From: Bdellovibrionales bacterium
GTDB taxonomy: Bacteria > Bdellovibrionota > Bdellovibrionia > Bdellovibrionales > UBA1609
Direction: 5' to 3'
DNA: 64,000 nt
NCBI GenBank assembly: GCA_965247685.1
Contig: OZ252021.1
Location: 833,271-897,270 of the forward strand
Translations under genes and position numbers: made by a program
Notes under the pieces: model-generated
The model's database searches: none
What the model saw: the letters and a program-made list of their open reading frames with translations, nothing else
What the model was told of the DNA's origin: nothing
Shown here: piece after piece, positions 27,621-39,830 of the stretch
Position numbering within the stretch: the first letter of the stretch is position 1
Layout: each line of letters starts with the position of its first letter

Positions 27621-28778
27621 TTATTTAAGCTTTGTAGAAAAAAATTTTTGTGCTTTAAACAGTTTTTTTAGAGCATCATTTCCAGAAGCTCCTCCAGCGT
27701 TCAAATGCCCCATTTTTCTGGTGGATCTCAGTTCTTTTTTTCTGTAATCATGCAGAAAAACATCATTAATTTTTTGCCAATCTGTAGATTTCTCTACTTG
27801 TCCAATTAAATTGAGCATAGCAAATCCCTTATATAGTATTTTAGGTGTGATTAAGGGGCGATTCAAAATAGCTTCTATATGAAGAGAAAATTGATCCTTA
27901 GATAAAACGTTCAAGGAATAGTGACCTGAGTTATGGACTCGTGGTGCAACTTCATTCACGAGTAAACCCTTTTGAGTTTGAAAAAGTTCAAAAGCAATAA
28001 CCCCATCATATTTTATAGCTTTTAAAAATTTTTTAATCCGAATGATTAAGTTTTTTATCTGAGAATGTGTGACAGGACCTTTAACCCAGTAGCATCTAAA
28101 GTTTTTTTGAAAAGTTTCTACTAAAGGAAGATGAACGATCTTTTTTTTATATTGAGATGCAAATAGAAGTGCTAATTCTTTTTGAAAAGGAATAAATTCT
28201 TCTGCAATAAAACCTTTTTTTAATTTGGATTTTATTTTTTTTAAATCTGAAATATTTTTTACTACGAAAGTTCCATATCCATCGTAGCCAAGACGTCTTT
28301 GTTTTAAAACCATTTTATTATTCAATTGATTCAAAGCTGTTAGGGCTTCTTTATAGCTGCTGACAGAGTAGAAAGTGGATGTTGGAATATTGTGTTTTTT
28401 GAGAAGTTTTTTTTGTGAGAGTCGATCTTGTAAAGTGTCTATAATTTGAGGATGAGGGCGAACAGGTGTTTTAGATCGCTTCATGGCTTGCTGTAAAGCG
28501 GATGTGTTTACAAATTCATTTTCAAAAGTCACAACATCTGTTTTTTTTAAAAACTGAACAAGAGAGGTTGTGGAATTTAAGTTTCCTTTTGTCCAAAAGG
28601 ACGTCACTTGTGCAGAAGGGTCATCTGAGTTAGAGCTGAGGACATGAGGCTCTAAACCTAACTCATGAGCTTTGAGAACCATCATGCGAGCAAGTTGACC
28701 TCCTCCTAATATTCCAATTTTTTTTTTAATTTTTGGCAAGCTCGACCTAATCCATTTGTACTTGGAGTATCGGATCAA
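27621..28778 (-). CDS. purK: N5-carboxyaminoimidazole ribonucleotide synthase
   Basis: IGILGGGQLARMM, an ATP-grasp body and a C-terminal RKMGHL motif. The track start overlaps grx by 32 nt; a TTG at 28739 would remove the overlap. Confidence 0.9.
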   Translation of the reverse strand: MIRYSKYKWIRSSLPKIKKKIGILGGGQLARMMVLKAHELGLEPHVLSSNSDDPSAQVTSFWTKGNLNSTTSLVQFLKKTDVVTFENEFVNTSALQQAMKRSKTPVRPHPQIIDTLQDRLSQKKLLKKHNIPTSTFYSVSSYKEALTALNQLNNKMVLKQRRLGYDGYGTFVVKNISDLKKIKSKLKKGFIAEEFIPFQKELALLFASQYKKKIVHLPLVETFQKNFRCYWVKGPVTHSQIKNLIIRIKKFLKAIKYDGVIAFELFQTQKGLLVNEVAPRVHNSGHYSLNVLSKDQFSLHIEAILNRPLITPKILYKGFAMLNLIGQVEKSTDWQKINDVFLHDYRKKELRSTRKMGHLNAGGASGNDALKKLFKAQKFFSTKLK

Positions 28779-29010
28779 GTTTTTTCTCTTGGTCCAGCTT
28801 CATAAGATCCGAACATCCGCCAATCATTTCATCATTAATAAAAATTTGAGGAACAGTTTGTAAACCTGTACGAGCTTTGAGTTCATTCAGCTCTTCTAGT
28901 TTATCGTCCATGCAAAATTCTTGAAATGATGCACCTTTTTCCTTAAGGATTTTTTTTGCCAAGTCACAAGCGGGGCAAGTGGTTTTTGTGTAAATTTCTA
29001 TTTTAGCCAT
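28747..29010 (-). CDS. grxC: Glutaredoxin
   Basis: 87 aa with CPAC active site, TVPQIFI and GGCSDL motifs. Confidence 0.85.
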   Translation of the reverse strand: MAKIEIYTKTTCPACDLAKKILKEKGASFQEFCMDDKLEELNELKARTGLQTVPQIFINDEMIGGCSDLMKLDQEKKLDPILQVQMD

Positions 29011-29137
29011 GGTGAAATACCTCCCTGATTTAAAAATACTATCATAGTTTTTTAAGTAAAGTCCAACACTGAATCAAAAATTAATGAAGTTGAAATTGGA
29101 ACAAGTAAAAAGTCCAAAAAGATTTTCAATTCGTTCA

Positions 29138-30985
29138 CTAATAAATACTCACCACTTGAATTTCTAATTCTTTGGCTACCTCATCTCTAATTTCATAAGA
29201 GTGGTCTGTATCTTTACCTACACCAAAGTAAACAAACTCAAACTCTGTAGTCTTTTTTAACGACTTAAGCCCCTCAATGAGATTCTCCGGCAGGATTTTC
29301 ACGGTTAAAATAATATCCTTATCGACATGAAGGGGAGAAATTTGTTGTGAAACAACTCTTTGTAGGAGTTCATAAAAATGAATGTACCTAGAAGATTCCT
29401 CTTCCTCCTCCGCATAAAAAAGAATCAACTCAAAAGGCTCCTTATGATTTTTTAAAATGTATTCAATGGTTTGATTAATCAAGCGTCGAATGCGATGATT
29501 ACCTACACATAAAATAAATTTCTTGCAGCAGTTTTCTGGGATTTCATTCAAAGATTTAAATTTACCGAGTCCCAGTCGTAAATCTATGTGGGATTCTAAT
29601 CGTTGTTCCAGCATACCCCATCTATAATACGCCATCATCAATAATGTACTACCAAATAAAAAGGTGAACATGAGAAGGGGGGCCGAAGAAGAATGTATCA
29701 CCAGTGTATAAACAGAAAAACTTAAAATGATCGCCGTAATAAGAGGAGGAAGAGGTATTTTATATTGGCTCACTTGAAGATATGTTTTCGAAATGTATTC
29801 CAAAGGGGTTTTTTTACTTAAATTTCTGTTTCTAAGTAATATAACTCCCACAGCAAAACTGACCATAACTCCTAAGAAGGCAATCTCATACACTTTCGCT
29901 GTGATCTCCACTGCCCCCGCGACAAAAGAAGACATCATCATCACAATAAGCATCATAGAAAAAACAATGACAGGGTAGCCTTCAAATTTAGGAACGATAT
30001 GATTTATTCTTTTAAGGAAAATTTGAGGAAGATTTCCATGCTTGGCCATTGTCGTTGCTAAACCAATAAAACCCACATAGGCAGTGTTAGTAGCTGCAAA
30101 TAAGGTCAAAGTGGCATCAACCACTATAAGGAAAAGGAGAAAAGAGCCTCCTATTTTTTTACTTAAACCAGAAAGAAGGTGATTGAGATTGCTGCTCACT
30201 TCCTCAGGAGTGAGAATAATCAAACAAAAAATGGAAATAACAGGTGCAGTGGCAGAGACTAAAATAATAACAGCTCGGTAAAGTTTTCTGACTGTGAGCA
30301 TAGTTGGCCTTTCTAAGGTTTCTACGATTTGTGCTGCAGACTCAAAACCTGTAATACCTAAAAATGAAGCTGCAAATCCATAAGCTAAGGTGGCAATTGT
30401 AATTTCTTTAGGATAATTGAAGAAATTGAAAAATTTTGAAAAATCAACATCGTTCCAATGAAATACAAGGTAAATAAGACTCCAAGTAGAAATAATCATG
30501 AGTAATGAAAAATGAGTGATGGCAATTACTGTAACAATTTTTGCAGGTTCTTTGATCCCTTTGATGTTGAGGACACCAAATAAAATCAATGGGATAAATG
30601 AAATATAAACCACCTGATGGACGTGAAGCCCTCCTGAGAAAAGAGAAGAAAAATAATAGCTTCCAGATAAAGAACTAACGGCTGCAGTCGCAAGATAAGA
30701 GACTACAGTTAAAGCTCCTGCGACAACAGCCATTCTACGGCCAAGGCTTCTAAGAATCATCGAATAAGCGCCACCATTATAAGGGCTCATTGCAAGACCT
30801 TCTTCATAAGTTCTTTTGAAGATCCACATTGCAAGGCATGCGATGAGGATAAAAAGTGGAGCAAAGTAACCCACAATAGGAAATAAGATTCCCGTACCGT
30901 AAAAAACAGATGTTCCAATATCTGCTCCCACAATACCTGCAGCGATAATCCAGTTTAATTCACTGTTTTCTTTTTCAAATTCCAT
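29138..30985 (-). CDS. APC-superfamily amino-acid permease with C-terminal cytoplasmic domain
   Basis: 615 aa. About 12 hydrophobic helices and an N-terminal GADIGTSVFYGTG motif. The soluble tail of about 170 aa may be Usp-like. Confidence 0.7.
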   Translation of the reverse strand: MEFEKENSELNWIIAAGIVGADIGTSVFYGTGILFPIVGYFAPLFILIACLAMWIFKRTYEEGLAMSPYNGGAYSMILRSLGRRMAVVAGALTVVSYLATAAVSSLSGSYYFSSLFSGGLHVHQVVYISFIPLILFGVLNIKGIKEPAKIVTVIAITHFSLLMIISTWSLIYLVFHWNDVDFSKFFNFFNYPKEITIATLAYGFAASFLGITGFESAAQIVETLERPTMLTVRKLYRAVIILVSATAPVISIFCLIILTPEEVSSNLNHLLSGLSKKIGGSFLLFLIVVDATLTLFAATNTAYVGFIGLATTMAKHGNLPQIFLKRINHIVPKFEGYPVIVFSMMLIVMMMSSFVAGAVEITAKVYEIAFLGVMVSFAVGVILLRNRNLSKKTPLEYISKTYLQVSQYKIPLPPLITAIILSFSVYTLVIHSSSAPLLMFTFLFGSTLLMMAYYRWGMLEQRLESHIDLRLGLGKFKSLNEIPENCCKKFILCVGNHRIRRLINQTIEYILKNHKEPFELILFYAEEEEESSRYIHFYELLQRVVSQQISPLHVDKDIILTVKILPENLIEGLKSLKKTTEFEFVYFGVGKDTDHSYEIRDEVAKELEIQVVSIY

Positions 30986-31098
30986 AGATAATTTTTTGAC
31001 CTATAGTAGGAGTGTTTAAGCTTTAATTATTTCATATAATCATTTTAAAAATGACAAGTATTTTATGAATTTCAATCACAAGTCTAGCCTTTTTTATT

Positions 31099-31566
31099 TT
31101 AAGACAGCTTAAGAATATGCTCAAATTCTTTTTTTTGAACAGGCATAATAGAAAGCCTTTGACCTTTTTTTAAAACAAGCATGTTTTTCAGCACTTTCTC
31201 TTTTTTCAGTTGCTCTAAAGTGATGAACTTCTTAAATATTTTTTTAAAAATCACTTCCACACAATACCAACGAGGATTTTCTAAAGTGGACTTAGCATCA
31301 TAGTATTTAGATTTCTTATCTAAGGCTGTGAGGTCAGGTTGAGCTCTTTTTGAAATAGCAGCTAAGCCTGTTATTCCAGGTGGATTTCCTAAAGAATGAT
31401 AGAATAAAACTTCGTCACCCACATTCATGTCATTCATCATAAAGTTTCGTGCTTGATAATTTCTCACTCCATCCCACAAAGCTTTTTTATCTTTTTGCAA
31501 ATCTTTTATGGAATAGTTGGAAGGTTCAGATTTCATAAGCCAATATTTTTTCATTTGATCATCCAT
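31099..31566 (-). CDS. EVE (PUA-like) domain protein
   Basis: YWLMKSEP..YSI.DL......WDGVRNYQARNFM..M..GD.VLFYHS is the classic EVE-domain N-terminus. The start is probably the MKKYWLMK Met at 31554. Confidence 0.75.
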   Translation of the reverse strand: MDDQMKKYWLMKSEPSNYSIKDLQKDKKALWDGVRNYQARNFMMNDMNVGDEVLFYHSLGNPPGITGLAAISKRAQPDLTALDKKSKYYDAKSTLENPRWYCVEVIFKKIFKKFITLEQLKKEKVLKNMLVLKKGQRLSIMPVQKKEFEHILKLS

Positions 31567-31707
31567 CTTTAGAGGTTAAGAAAATTGTTTTAAATGAGAA
31601 AGAGATGGAAAGTCAATTTGTTGTTGATTTGTAGAGTTTTTGAAGCGTTAATCTTATTCAGACAAAAGTTGCTATCTTCTTTATCTTATAGTTATATGAG
31701 GAAATAT

Positions 31708-31781
31708 GCGCTCGTAGCTCAACTGGATAGAGCATCAGACTTCGGATCTGAGGGTTAGGGGTTCAAATCCTCTCGGGCGCG
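31708..31781 (+). tRNA. tRNA-Arg (anticodon TCG)
   Basis: The cloverleaf folds by hand: acceptor GCGCTCG/CGGGCGC, D arm GCTC..GAGC, anticodon stem TCAGA/TCTGA with loop CTTCGGA, T arm AGGGG-TTCAAAT-CCTCT. CCA is not encoded. Confidence 0.9.
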
Positions 31782-31922
31782 TGATTTTTATGAAATTTTG
31801 TTTTGAAAAAAAGCTATTTGTATAGCTTTTTTTTATTGGCTATGTGAGATAAAAAGAGCAGTGACATGAAGTTGCTACAGGATGACTCGATAAGCTGCGG
31901 CGAATGCCTTCGCTTATCTCCA

Positions 31923-32015
31923 GGGTTCAAATCCTCTCGGGCGCATGATTTTTTATGAAATTTTGTTTTGAAAAAAAAAAGCTATTTGTATAGATTTTTT
32001 TTATTGGCTATATGA
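31923..32015 (+). repeat. Direct repeat of the tRNA-Arg 3' end plus its downstream terminator region
   Basis: gggttcaaatcctctcgggcgc plus about 70 nt of downstream sequence (31759-31847) recurs at 31923-32015 with a few substitutions and indels. The 5' half of the tRNA is not repeated. Confidence 0.85.
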
Positions 32016-32031
32016 AATTTTATATGATGTT

Positions 32032-32775
32032 TTATTCAGGAAAGTGAAATCCTACTCCCTGTTTGAGTACCGAATTGAGTTCCGGAAGAGGTTCTGGGAG
32101 AGGAGAAGCTGTTCGAATAGTATCAATAACTACTTGATCGAAAGTTTCATTGCCTGAAGTTCTTTCCAGTTCGATACGAGTGATATCTCCATAAGAGTTG
32201 ACTTGAATAATCACCGTCGCCCGCAGATCTTTATCCGCAAGCCACTGCGGAAGATTCCAGTATCGAATCACATGCATTTTGACTCGATCAAAATAGGCAT
32301 TCAACAATACTGTGCTAATCTCTCCATCTTGAGACTGTCCTTTAGAAATTTTTTCTCCCTTATATGTTGGAGGTTCTAGGCTTTGATCTTGTTTTAATTT
32401 TTCAATAGCATCTGCTTGTGCTGCTCTCGTATCTACTGGTTTCTTCGGAGTGGATTTTTTCTTTTGAGATTTCTTTGGAGTTGCTTTCTTTTTAGGTCGA
32501 GAGGCTTTCTTTTTAGGTCGAGAGGCTTTCTTTTTAGGTCGAGAGGCTTTTTTCTTTTTTTGGACTTTCTTCTTTTTAGGAGTTGAAGTTCTTTTGATGT
32601 CTGGTAGACCGACCATATCTACTCGCACAGTTTGTTTGATCTGTGTAGATCTGGACCTACTAAAAATATTAGGAGATGCAAAAATCATTAGAAGAAATAA
32701 AACAAAGTGACCTGTAATGGAATATAGGATCCACCGGCGAAAGGTTTTTTTGAATAATAACTGAGAAGTAATCAT
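32032..32775 (-). CDS. TonB/TolA-family energy-transducer protein
   Basis: 247 aa. N-terminal TM anchor, Lys/Pro-rich spacer with KKKASRP x3, and a C-terminal TonB_C-like domain (ATVIIQVNSYGDITRIELERTSGNETFDQ). Confidence 0.75.
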   Translation of the reverse strand: MITSQLLFKKTFRRWILYSITGHFVLFLLMIFASPNIFSRSRSTQIKQTVRVDMVGLPDIKRTSTPKKKKVQKKKKASRPKKKASRPKKKASRPKKKATPKKSQKKKSTPKKPVDTRAAQADAIEKLKQDQSLEPPTYKGEKISKGQSQDGEISTVLLNAYFDRVKMHVIRYWNLPQWLADKDLRATVIIQVNSYGDITRIELERTSGNETFDQVVIDTIRTASPLPEPLPELNSVLKQGVGFHFPE

Positions 32776-32777
32776 TA

Positions 32778-33188
32778 CTATTTTAATTGAGTGACTAAGT
32801 TCACTTGCTTTAGCCCTGCAGACTGAACTTCACCTAAAGTTTCAGCTACGATACCATAGTCCACGTTTTTGTCTGCTTGAATATAGACAGCTTTAGATCT
32901 TCTATTTTTAAAAATAGCTTTCAGTTTAGTTTGAATCTTTGAAACGGGAACGACCTTAGTGCCGAGATAAATTTTACGATCTCTTTTAATGACGATGATA
33001 AAAGGATCTTCAGGAACTTGTAATCCTGTATTTTTAGCATCTGGAAGTTCAATGCTGAGACCTTGCTGCATCATAGGAGCTGTCACCATAAAAATGACAA
33101 GCAAAACAAGCATGACATCCACAAAAGGAGTGACATTTATTTCTGACAATACACGTTGAGATTTTCGATCTGAAAGTTCAACACCCAT
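32778..33188 (-). CDS. ExbD/TolR-family protein
   Basis: 136 aa. INVTPFVDVMLVLLVIFM motif. Adjacent to the ExbB/TolQ gene. Confidence 0.85.
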   Translation of the reverse strand: MGVELSDRKSQRVLSEINVTPFVDVMLVLLVIFMVTAPMMQQGLSIELPDAKNTGLQVPEDPFIIVIKRDRKIYLGTKVVPVSKIQTKLKAIFKNRRSKAVYIQADKNVDYGIVAETLGEVQSAGLKQVNLVTQLK

Positions 33189-33979
33189 TAGGAATCCTTA
33201 AAAAAGTTTCTTTTAGCAATATTTAAAAAATCTGTTTTGAAGTTGTTAAACAAAAGTTCTGTTTTTCTTACTTTATTCAAATAATGATTATAGAAAACAG
33301 TAGCGGGAATGGCTGCAAATAAACCAATACCTGTTGCAATCAAAGCTTCTGAAATACCAGGTGCAACAACAGCGAGGCTTGCTGAACCCATTTGTCCGAT
33401 TTTTTGAAAGGCGTCCATAATACCAAATACTGTACCAAAAAGACCAATAAAAGGGCTCACAGAACCTGTTGTTGCTAAAAATGTAAGTTTATCTTCCATG
33501 GCGGATATCTCATTGGCGATAGCTTTATTTAAAGTGCGATCTAAATTGTCAATGCCTGTAAATAAGTTGTCCGTGGAATTTTGAGCTTCAGATTCTGCTA
33601 ACTTGGATGTGGATATGCGATGAATCTCTTTATAACCTGCTCGAAAAATAGTGGCTAAAGAGCTTTTGGTGTATTTGTTGCTTACTTCGTAAATGCTTTG
33701 TAAATTATTTGCTTTTTGAAAAATATCCTGAAAAGGAGCGTTGTAAATATCTATCATGCGAAAAGTTTTTCTCTTAGTCAGAATAATTCCCCAAGAAAGG
33801 ACAGACATAAAAATAAGGATGATAAAAGTAGCTTGTACAAACAGATTAGCATGAAGAATAGAGTAGATGATGTTCACATTGGAGTGGGGAGTATCTGCTA
33901 CAACGGCTATAGGCTCTGCAAATGCAAAACTGGATAGTGAAGTGGTTAAAATAAAGGTGAGCATTAAAAAAATTTTCAT
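33188..33979 (-). CDS. ExbB/TolQ (MotA/TolQ/ExbB proton-channel) protein
   Basis: 263 aa. GLFGTVFGIMDAF and APGISEALIATGIGLFAAIPA motifs. Confidence 0.85.
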   Translation of the reverse strand: MKIFLMLTFILTTSLSSFAFAEPIAVVADTPHSNVNIIYSILHANLFVQATFIILIFMSVLSWGIILTKRKTFRMIDIYNAPFQDIFQKANNLQSIYEVSNKYTKSSLATIFRAGYKEIHRISTSKLAESEAQNSTDNLFTGIDNLDRTLNKAIANEISAMEDKLTFLATTGSVSPFIGLFGTVFGIMDAFQKIGQMGSASLAVVAPGISEALIATGIGLFAAIPATVFYNHYLNKVRKTELLFNNFKTDFLNIAKRNFFKDS

Positions 33980-34144
33980 GTTATAGGCTATATTCTCATA
34001 AGCTTAAAGAGAGTCAATGATATTTTAACTTATTATTTATTGATAATTGATTGGAAAATTTGAACTCTGTATGTTAGTTTAGACTTCCAGAGGCTTAAGA
34101 TTGGCTGAAGTTTTGTCACTCATAAAACATTAGAGGAAAAATTT

Positions 34145-35554
34145 GTGGAACAATATAAGTACGGTTTTGTTACAGATATAGAAGCAGAGACTTTATCTAA
34201 AGGGCTAAACGAATCAACTATTGAGCAGATTTCTCAAAAAAAAGGAGAGCCTCAATGGATGTTGGATCTACGGCTCAAAGCTTACCATCATTGGCTGACC
34301 TTGAAAGAGCCCAATTGGGCGCACCTCAGGTATTCTGCTATCGATTATCAGAAAATTCATTATTATTCAGCGCCTGTGCAAAAGAAGAAACTGGCATCTT
34401 TAGAAGAGGTAGATCCGGAGTTATTAAAAACTTTTGAAAAACTAGGAATCCCTTTGAATGAACAAAAAAGACTATCTGGAGTGGCAGTGGATGCGGTGTT
34501 TGACAGTGTTTCCGTAGTCACTACTCAACAAAAAACTTTAGAAAAACATGGTGTTATTTTTTGTTCTATGTCGGAAGCAATTCAAAATCATGGTGATTTA
34601 GTCCGAAAATATATGGGAACTGTTGTTCCTTATCGAGATAATTTTTTTGCGTGTTTGAATCAGGCTGTTTTTACAGATGGTTCTTTTTGTTATATTCCTA
34701 AAAATGTCAAATGTCCTTTGGACTTATCTACTTATTTTCGTATCAATCAAGAAAATACAGGTCAGTTTGAACGTACATTAGTGATTGCTGAGGAAAAGTC
34801 TTATGTGAACTACTTGGAGGGTTGTACAGCTCCTATGCGAGATACTAATCAGCTTCATGCTGCTGTGGTGGAGCTTATTGCTTTAGATGATGCTGAAATT
34901 AAATACTCCACAGTGCAAAACTGGTATCCTGGAGATCAAAAAGGGATAGGTGGAATTTATAATTTTGTAACTAAAAGAGGAAAATGCCAAGGGAAAAGAT
35001 CTAAAATTTCATGGACTCAAGTGGAGGCCGGTTCGGCAATCACATGGAAATATCCTAGTTGTATTTTAAAAGGGGATGACTCTGTGGGCGCTTTTTATTC
35101 TGTAGCTCTCACGCATGATCATATGCAGGCAGATACAGGGACTAAGATGATTCATATTGGAAAAAACACAAAGAGCACTATTATTTCTAAAGGAATTTCT
35201 TCAGACTATGCCGTCAATAGCTATCGAGGTTTGGTCGATATTTTACCCAAAGCAAAAGGAGCACGAAACTACACGCAATGTGACTCTATGTTGATTGGAA
35301 GCTCCAGTTATGCAAATACTTTTCCATCCATTGATGTTAAAAATTCAGAAAGCATTGTGGAGCATGAAGCTTCAACTTGTCGAATGAGTGAAGAGCAATT
35401 GTTTTACTTGCATTCTAGAGGTTTAAGTAAGGAAGAATCTATATCCACTTTAGTCCATGGCTTTTGCAAGGAAGTGTTCAAGCAACTTCCTTTAGAATTT
35501 TCTGTGGAAGCCGTTAAACTCATTGAAATGAAATTAGAAAATAGTATAGGTTAA
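34145..35554 (+). CDS. sufB: Fe-S cluster assembly protein SufB
   Basis: 469 aa with a GTG start. [24 protein letters not shown] and EHEA....S.EQLFYL motifs. Followed by sufC and sufD. Confidence 0.95.
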   Translation: MEQYKYGFVTDIEAETLSKGLNESTIEQISQKKGEPQWMLDLRLKAYHHWLTLKEPNWAHLRYSAIDYQKIHYYSAPVQKKKLASLEEVDPELLKTFEKLGIPLNEQKRLSGVAVDAVFDSVSVVTTQQKTLEKHGVIFCSMSEAIQNHGDLVRKYMGTVVPYRDNFFACLNQAVFTDGSFCYIPKNVKCPLDLSTYFRINQENTGQFERTLVIAEEKSYVNYLEGCTAPMRDTNQLHAAVVELIALDDAEIKYSTVQNWYPGDQKGIGGIYNFVTKRGKCQGKRSKISWTQVEAGSAITWKYPSCILKGDDSVGAFYSVALTHDHMQADTGTKMIHIGKNTKSTIISKGISSDYAVNSYRGLVDILPKAKGARNYTQCDSMLIGSSSYANTFPSIDVKNSESIVEHEASTCRMSEEQLFYLHSRGLSKEESISTLVHGFCKEVFKQLPLEFSVEAVKLIEMKLENSIG

Positions 35555-35558
35555 AACG

Positions 35559-36314
35559 ATGATTAAAATTTCAAACCTTTGTGTTGAAACGGGTGGCCTT
35601 GCTATTTTAAAAGGCCTCAGCCTTACTATTTTGCCTGGTGAAATGCACTCTATTATGGGTCCTAATGGGTCAGGTAAAAGTACTTTGTTTAAAGTGCTCA
35701 CAGGTTATCCCGGCTATGAAATTACAAAAGGGAGTATTTTTTATCGAAGACAAGATGATCTAGAGTATGAAGATTTAATGAATAAAGCTCCAGAACTGAG
35801 GGCTCAAGAAGGAATTTTTATGGCTTTTCAACACCCTGTGGAAGTTCCTGGTGTGACCAACTTAAATTTTTTAAGAGCATCATTTAATTCTATCTGTAAG
35901 CATTTAGGTGCTGAAGAAATGAATGAAGAAAATTTTTTGAAATTTATAGAGCCTAAGTTAAAAACTCTACAGTTGAAACAAGAGTTTTTATATCGTTCTT
36001 TGAATGCAGGGCTGTCAGGTGGAGAAAAAAAGAAGAACGAGATGCTTCAAATGCTCGTTTTATCTCCGACACTTTGTTTACTCGACGAGGTCGACTCAGG
36101 TTTAGACATCGACTCCATTAAAATGGTTGCTCAAACTTTGAAAAAGATGAAGAGTTCTCATGACTCTATTCTATTGATTACTCACTATCATCGAGTGTTG
36201 GAAGAATTGAAACCTGATTATGTACATATTCTGGTGGATGGGCGAATTAAAAAATCTGGAGATTACTCACTGGCTGTCGAAGCGGATCAAAAAGGCTATG
36301 ATCAATGGATCTAA
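35559..36314 (+). CDS. sufC: Fe-S cluster assembly ATPase SufC
   Basis: Walker [10 protein letters not shown], signature LSGGEKKK and Walker [11 protein letters not shown]. Confidence 0.95.
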   Translation: MIKISNLCVETGGLAILKGLSLTILPGEMHSIMGPNGSGKSTLFKVLTGYPGYEITKGSIFYRRQDDLEYEDLMNKAPELRAQEGIFMAFQHPVEVPGVTNLNFLRASFNSICKHLGAEEMNEENFLKFIEPKLKTLQLKQEFLYRSLNAGLSGGEKKKNEMLQMLVLSPTLCLLDEVDSGLDIDSIKMVAQTLKKMKSSHDSILLITHYHRVLEELKPDYVHILVDGRIKKSGDYSLAVEADQKGYDQWI

Positions 36315-37339
36315 ACTCTGATTTATCTTTCTCAAAAAATGTTATTGAAGTGTGTGACCATCAAATAAAACTTCTTAAAGATGAGCATATTTTTTTACTT
36401 CAAAACACTCCTTTAGACTCTCATTATGGGAAGTGGATTCAGAGTCAATGGTCAAAAAGCATGGAGGATGAAAATGCTTCTTTAGAAGAGATAAAAAAAC
36501 AAATAGGTGTGGTGTGTGTTTTAAAAAAAGGGGAGAAAAAAAATATTCAGGTGAACTACTCTTCTTCTCACTTCAAATCAACTCTCATTAAAAATTTTAT
36601 TTTTTTAGAAGAATTTTCTTCTCTTTCTTGGTTTGAAAATATTTGCTCATCTCAATTTCAGATAGAAACATATATTCATGTTGCGAATCAAGCGACACTT
36701 CAGAAGTTAGTTTTTAATCTTCAGGATTCATCTTTGCGGACTTTATGTGATCTTCATCATAAATCCTGCTTGCTTTCTTTTGATTTTAATCTCAACTCAT
36801 CCACTCAATACACTAAAGTAAGAGGTCAAGATTCTGAACATTTAGCTATTCTTCAAGGTTTGAATGTGCTTCATGAAAAACAGCAAGTCCGCCAACGTAT
36901 TGAGACTCAACATGAGGGTGAGAAAGGTTATGGTAGGCAAAGATTTTATAGTGTTCTTGGTGGAAAATCTAGAAGTCATGTTCACTCTAAAGTGATCATC
37001 AATGCGCAAGGGACAGACTCTCACCAGCTTCTGAAAAATTTGATTTTAAATCCTTACGCTCAAGCGAAAAATCAACCTGAACTGGAAGTCTCAAAAGATC
37101 AAGTGAAGGCCTCTCATGGATCGACAACAGGACAACCGAATCCATTGGAGATTTTTTATATGAATACTCGAGGAGTATCTTCAAAAAAAGCTTTGGAATT
37201 TTTAGTGCATGGTTGGGTGGAATCAGTTTTTAATCTTGATGAAGATGAAGACATCATTTCAGATTCATTTGAAAACTTTGTTCAGCAAGTCCAACCTATT
37301 TATCCTTTTATTAAAAAGCATATTAATCGTATGCTCTAG
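36305..37339 (+). CDS. sufD: Fe-S cluster assembly protein SufD (divergent)
   Basis: 344 aa. Overlaps the sufC stop. C-terminal SHG.TTG......FY...RG.S...A motif shared with the SufB/D family. Confidence 0.75.
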   Translation: MDLNSDLSFSKNVIEVCDHQIKLLKDEHIFLLQNTPLDSHYGKWIQSQWSKSMEDENASLEEIKKQIGVVCVLKKGEKKNIQVNYSSSHFKSTLIKNFIFLEEFSSLSWFENICSSQFQIETYIHVANQATLQKLVFNLQDSSLRTLCDLHHKSCLLSFDFNLNSSTQYTKVRGQDSEHLAILQGLNVLHEKQQVRQRIETQHEGEKGYGRQRFYSVLGGKSRSHVHSKVIINAQGTDSHQLLKNLILNPYAQAKNQPELEVSKDQVKASHGSTTGQPNPLEIFYMNTRGVSSKKALEFLVHGWVESVFNLDEDEDIISDSFENFVQQVQPIYPFIKKHINRML

Positions 37340-37343
37340 CACC

Positions 37344-37727
37344 TTAAAATTGGGTGGAAGTCAAAGAGAAGTCTTTCACGATGTCTTGAGCATCAAAAGT
37401 AATAACAGCATCAAAAGATGAAGTTGTCGTTTGATGAGAGGCTGAGCCTCTTCCAAAAATAATGATAGAGCCGGCAGAGGCTTCATTTTTAGAATCAAAA
37501 GATTGTTTAGAGTATGTCCATACTGCTTCACCATTAGATTTTTGAGTGACAATATTAGGAGAACCCCAAGTTTTTAGAATTTGAGCTTGAGTAGTTTCCC
37601 CTTTTACCAGTAGTTTTTTTGCAATCCCAGGAGTGAAGTTGGATTTTTGCAAGTGCATGGTTTGGCAGCTTATAGCTAAAAAAGCTACTATTAAGTAAAT
37701 AAAACGCATAATTTGAGTCCTCCTCAA
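37344..37727 (-). CDS. Small lipoprotein (BamE/SmpA-like?)
   Basis: 127 aa with lipobox FLAISC. The family assignment is uncertain. Confidence 0.5.
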   Translation of the reverse strand: MRRTQIMRFIYLIVAFLAISCQTMHLQKSNFTPGIAKKLLVKGETTQAQILKTWGSPNIVTQKSNGEAVWTYSKQSFDSKNEASAGSIIIFGRGSASHQTTTSSFDAVITFDAQDIVKDFSLTSTQF

Positions 37728-37928
37728 GTGAAATAAGATTGCATTATTCTATATTTAAAGTCTTTTGAGGTCAAAGGGGAGGTGACGGAAAGCTAGAGTT
37801 TTCTAAGATTGTTTTTATTTGAAGCACGATCTGAAAACACTGCTCATGACAGAAACACACGGTTCAAAAGCCCTTCAAAGCCCTTCGTAGTATGAAAATT
37901 TTATCTCTAAAATCTATTAAAAGTGAGG

Positions 37929-37956
37929 TTGACCAATAGGATATTAAGAGTATAAT
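37929..37956 (+). promoter_or_regulatory. Near-consensus sigma-70 promoter upstream of the 16S rRNA
   Basis: TTGACC-N16-TATAAT, about 180 nt upstream of the mature 16S 5' end. Confidence 0.6.
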
Positions 37957-38134
37957 AACGAGTCTTTTCGTTCTTTGAAAACTGAATAGTCACTTAAAAA
38001 TGGTTTCGGGAACCTGTCGAAGAGTTCTTTAGGGAGCTCCGAGATATTGGTTTTGATTTTTTTCACATATGTCTTTTTTTAAGACAATGTGATTGTTTTT
38101 TTATTATATTTAAGAGCTAGTTAAAGTTCTTCTT

Positions 38135-39646
<1,512 letters not shown>

Positions 39647-39830
39647 TTAAGGAGTAGGGTTTTCTTTCTGTAAAGAAGGAAAACTTTAGGTCAAACCGAA
39701 ACCGGTGGCTTTTCAGTTTTGAGAGAATGCTTTTTGCATTTCCTATCAAACTTTATACAAATGTAAATTTATTTTTTAATAATAAAGATCTTTTCCTTTT
39801 TGTTCAAAAGATTCATAATAAAAAGGAAGT

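Noticed and set aside
31848-31945. A second tRNA or a tmRNA 3' domain between the tRNA-Arg repeats
   Set aside because: Only the T arm and 3' acceptor strand are present. There is no complementary 5' acceptor strand or D arm, and no tmRNA-like 5' end or tag ORF. It is interpreted as a displaced tRNA 3' fragment.
34255-37421. Small ORFs nested in or antisense to sufB/sufD (34255..34437, 36842..37024, 36999..37184, 37209..37421)
   Set aside because: They overlap well-supported suf genes, are short, and have no motif.
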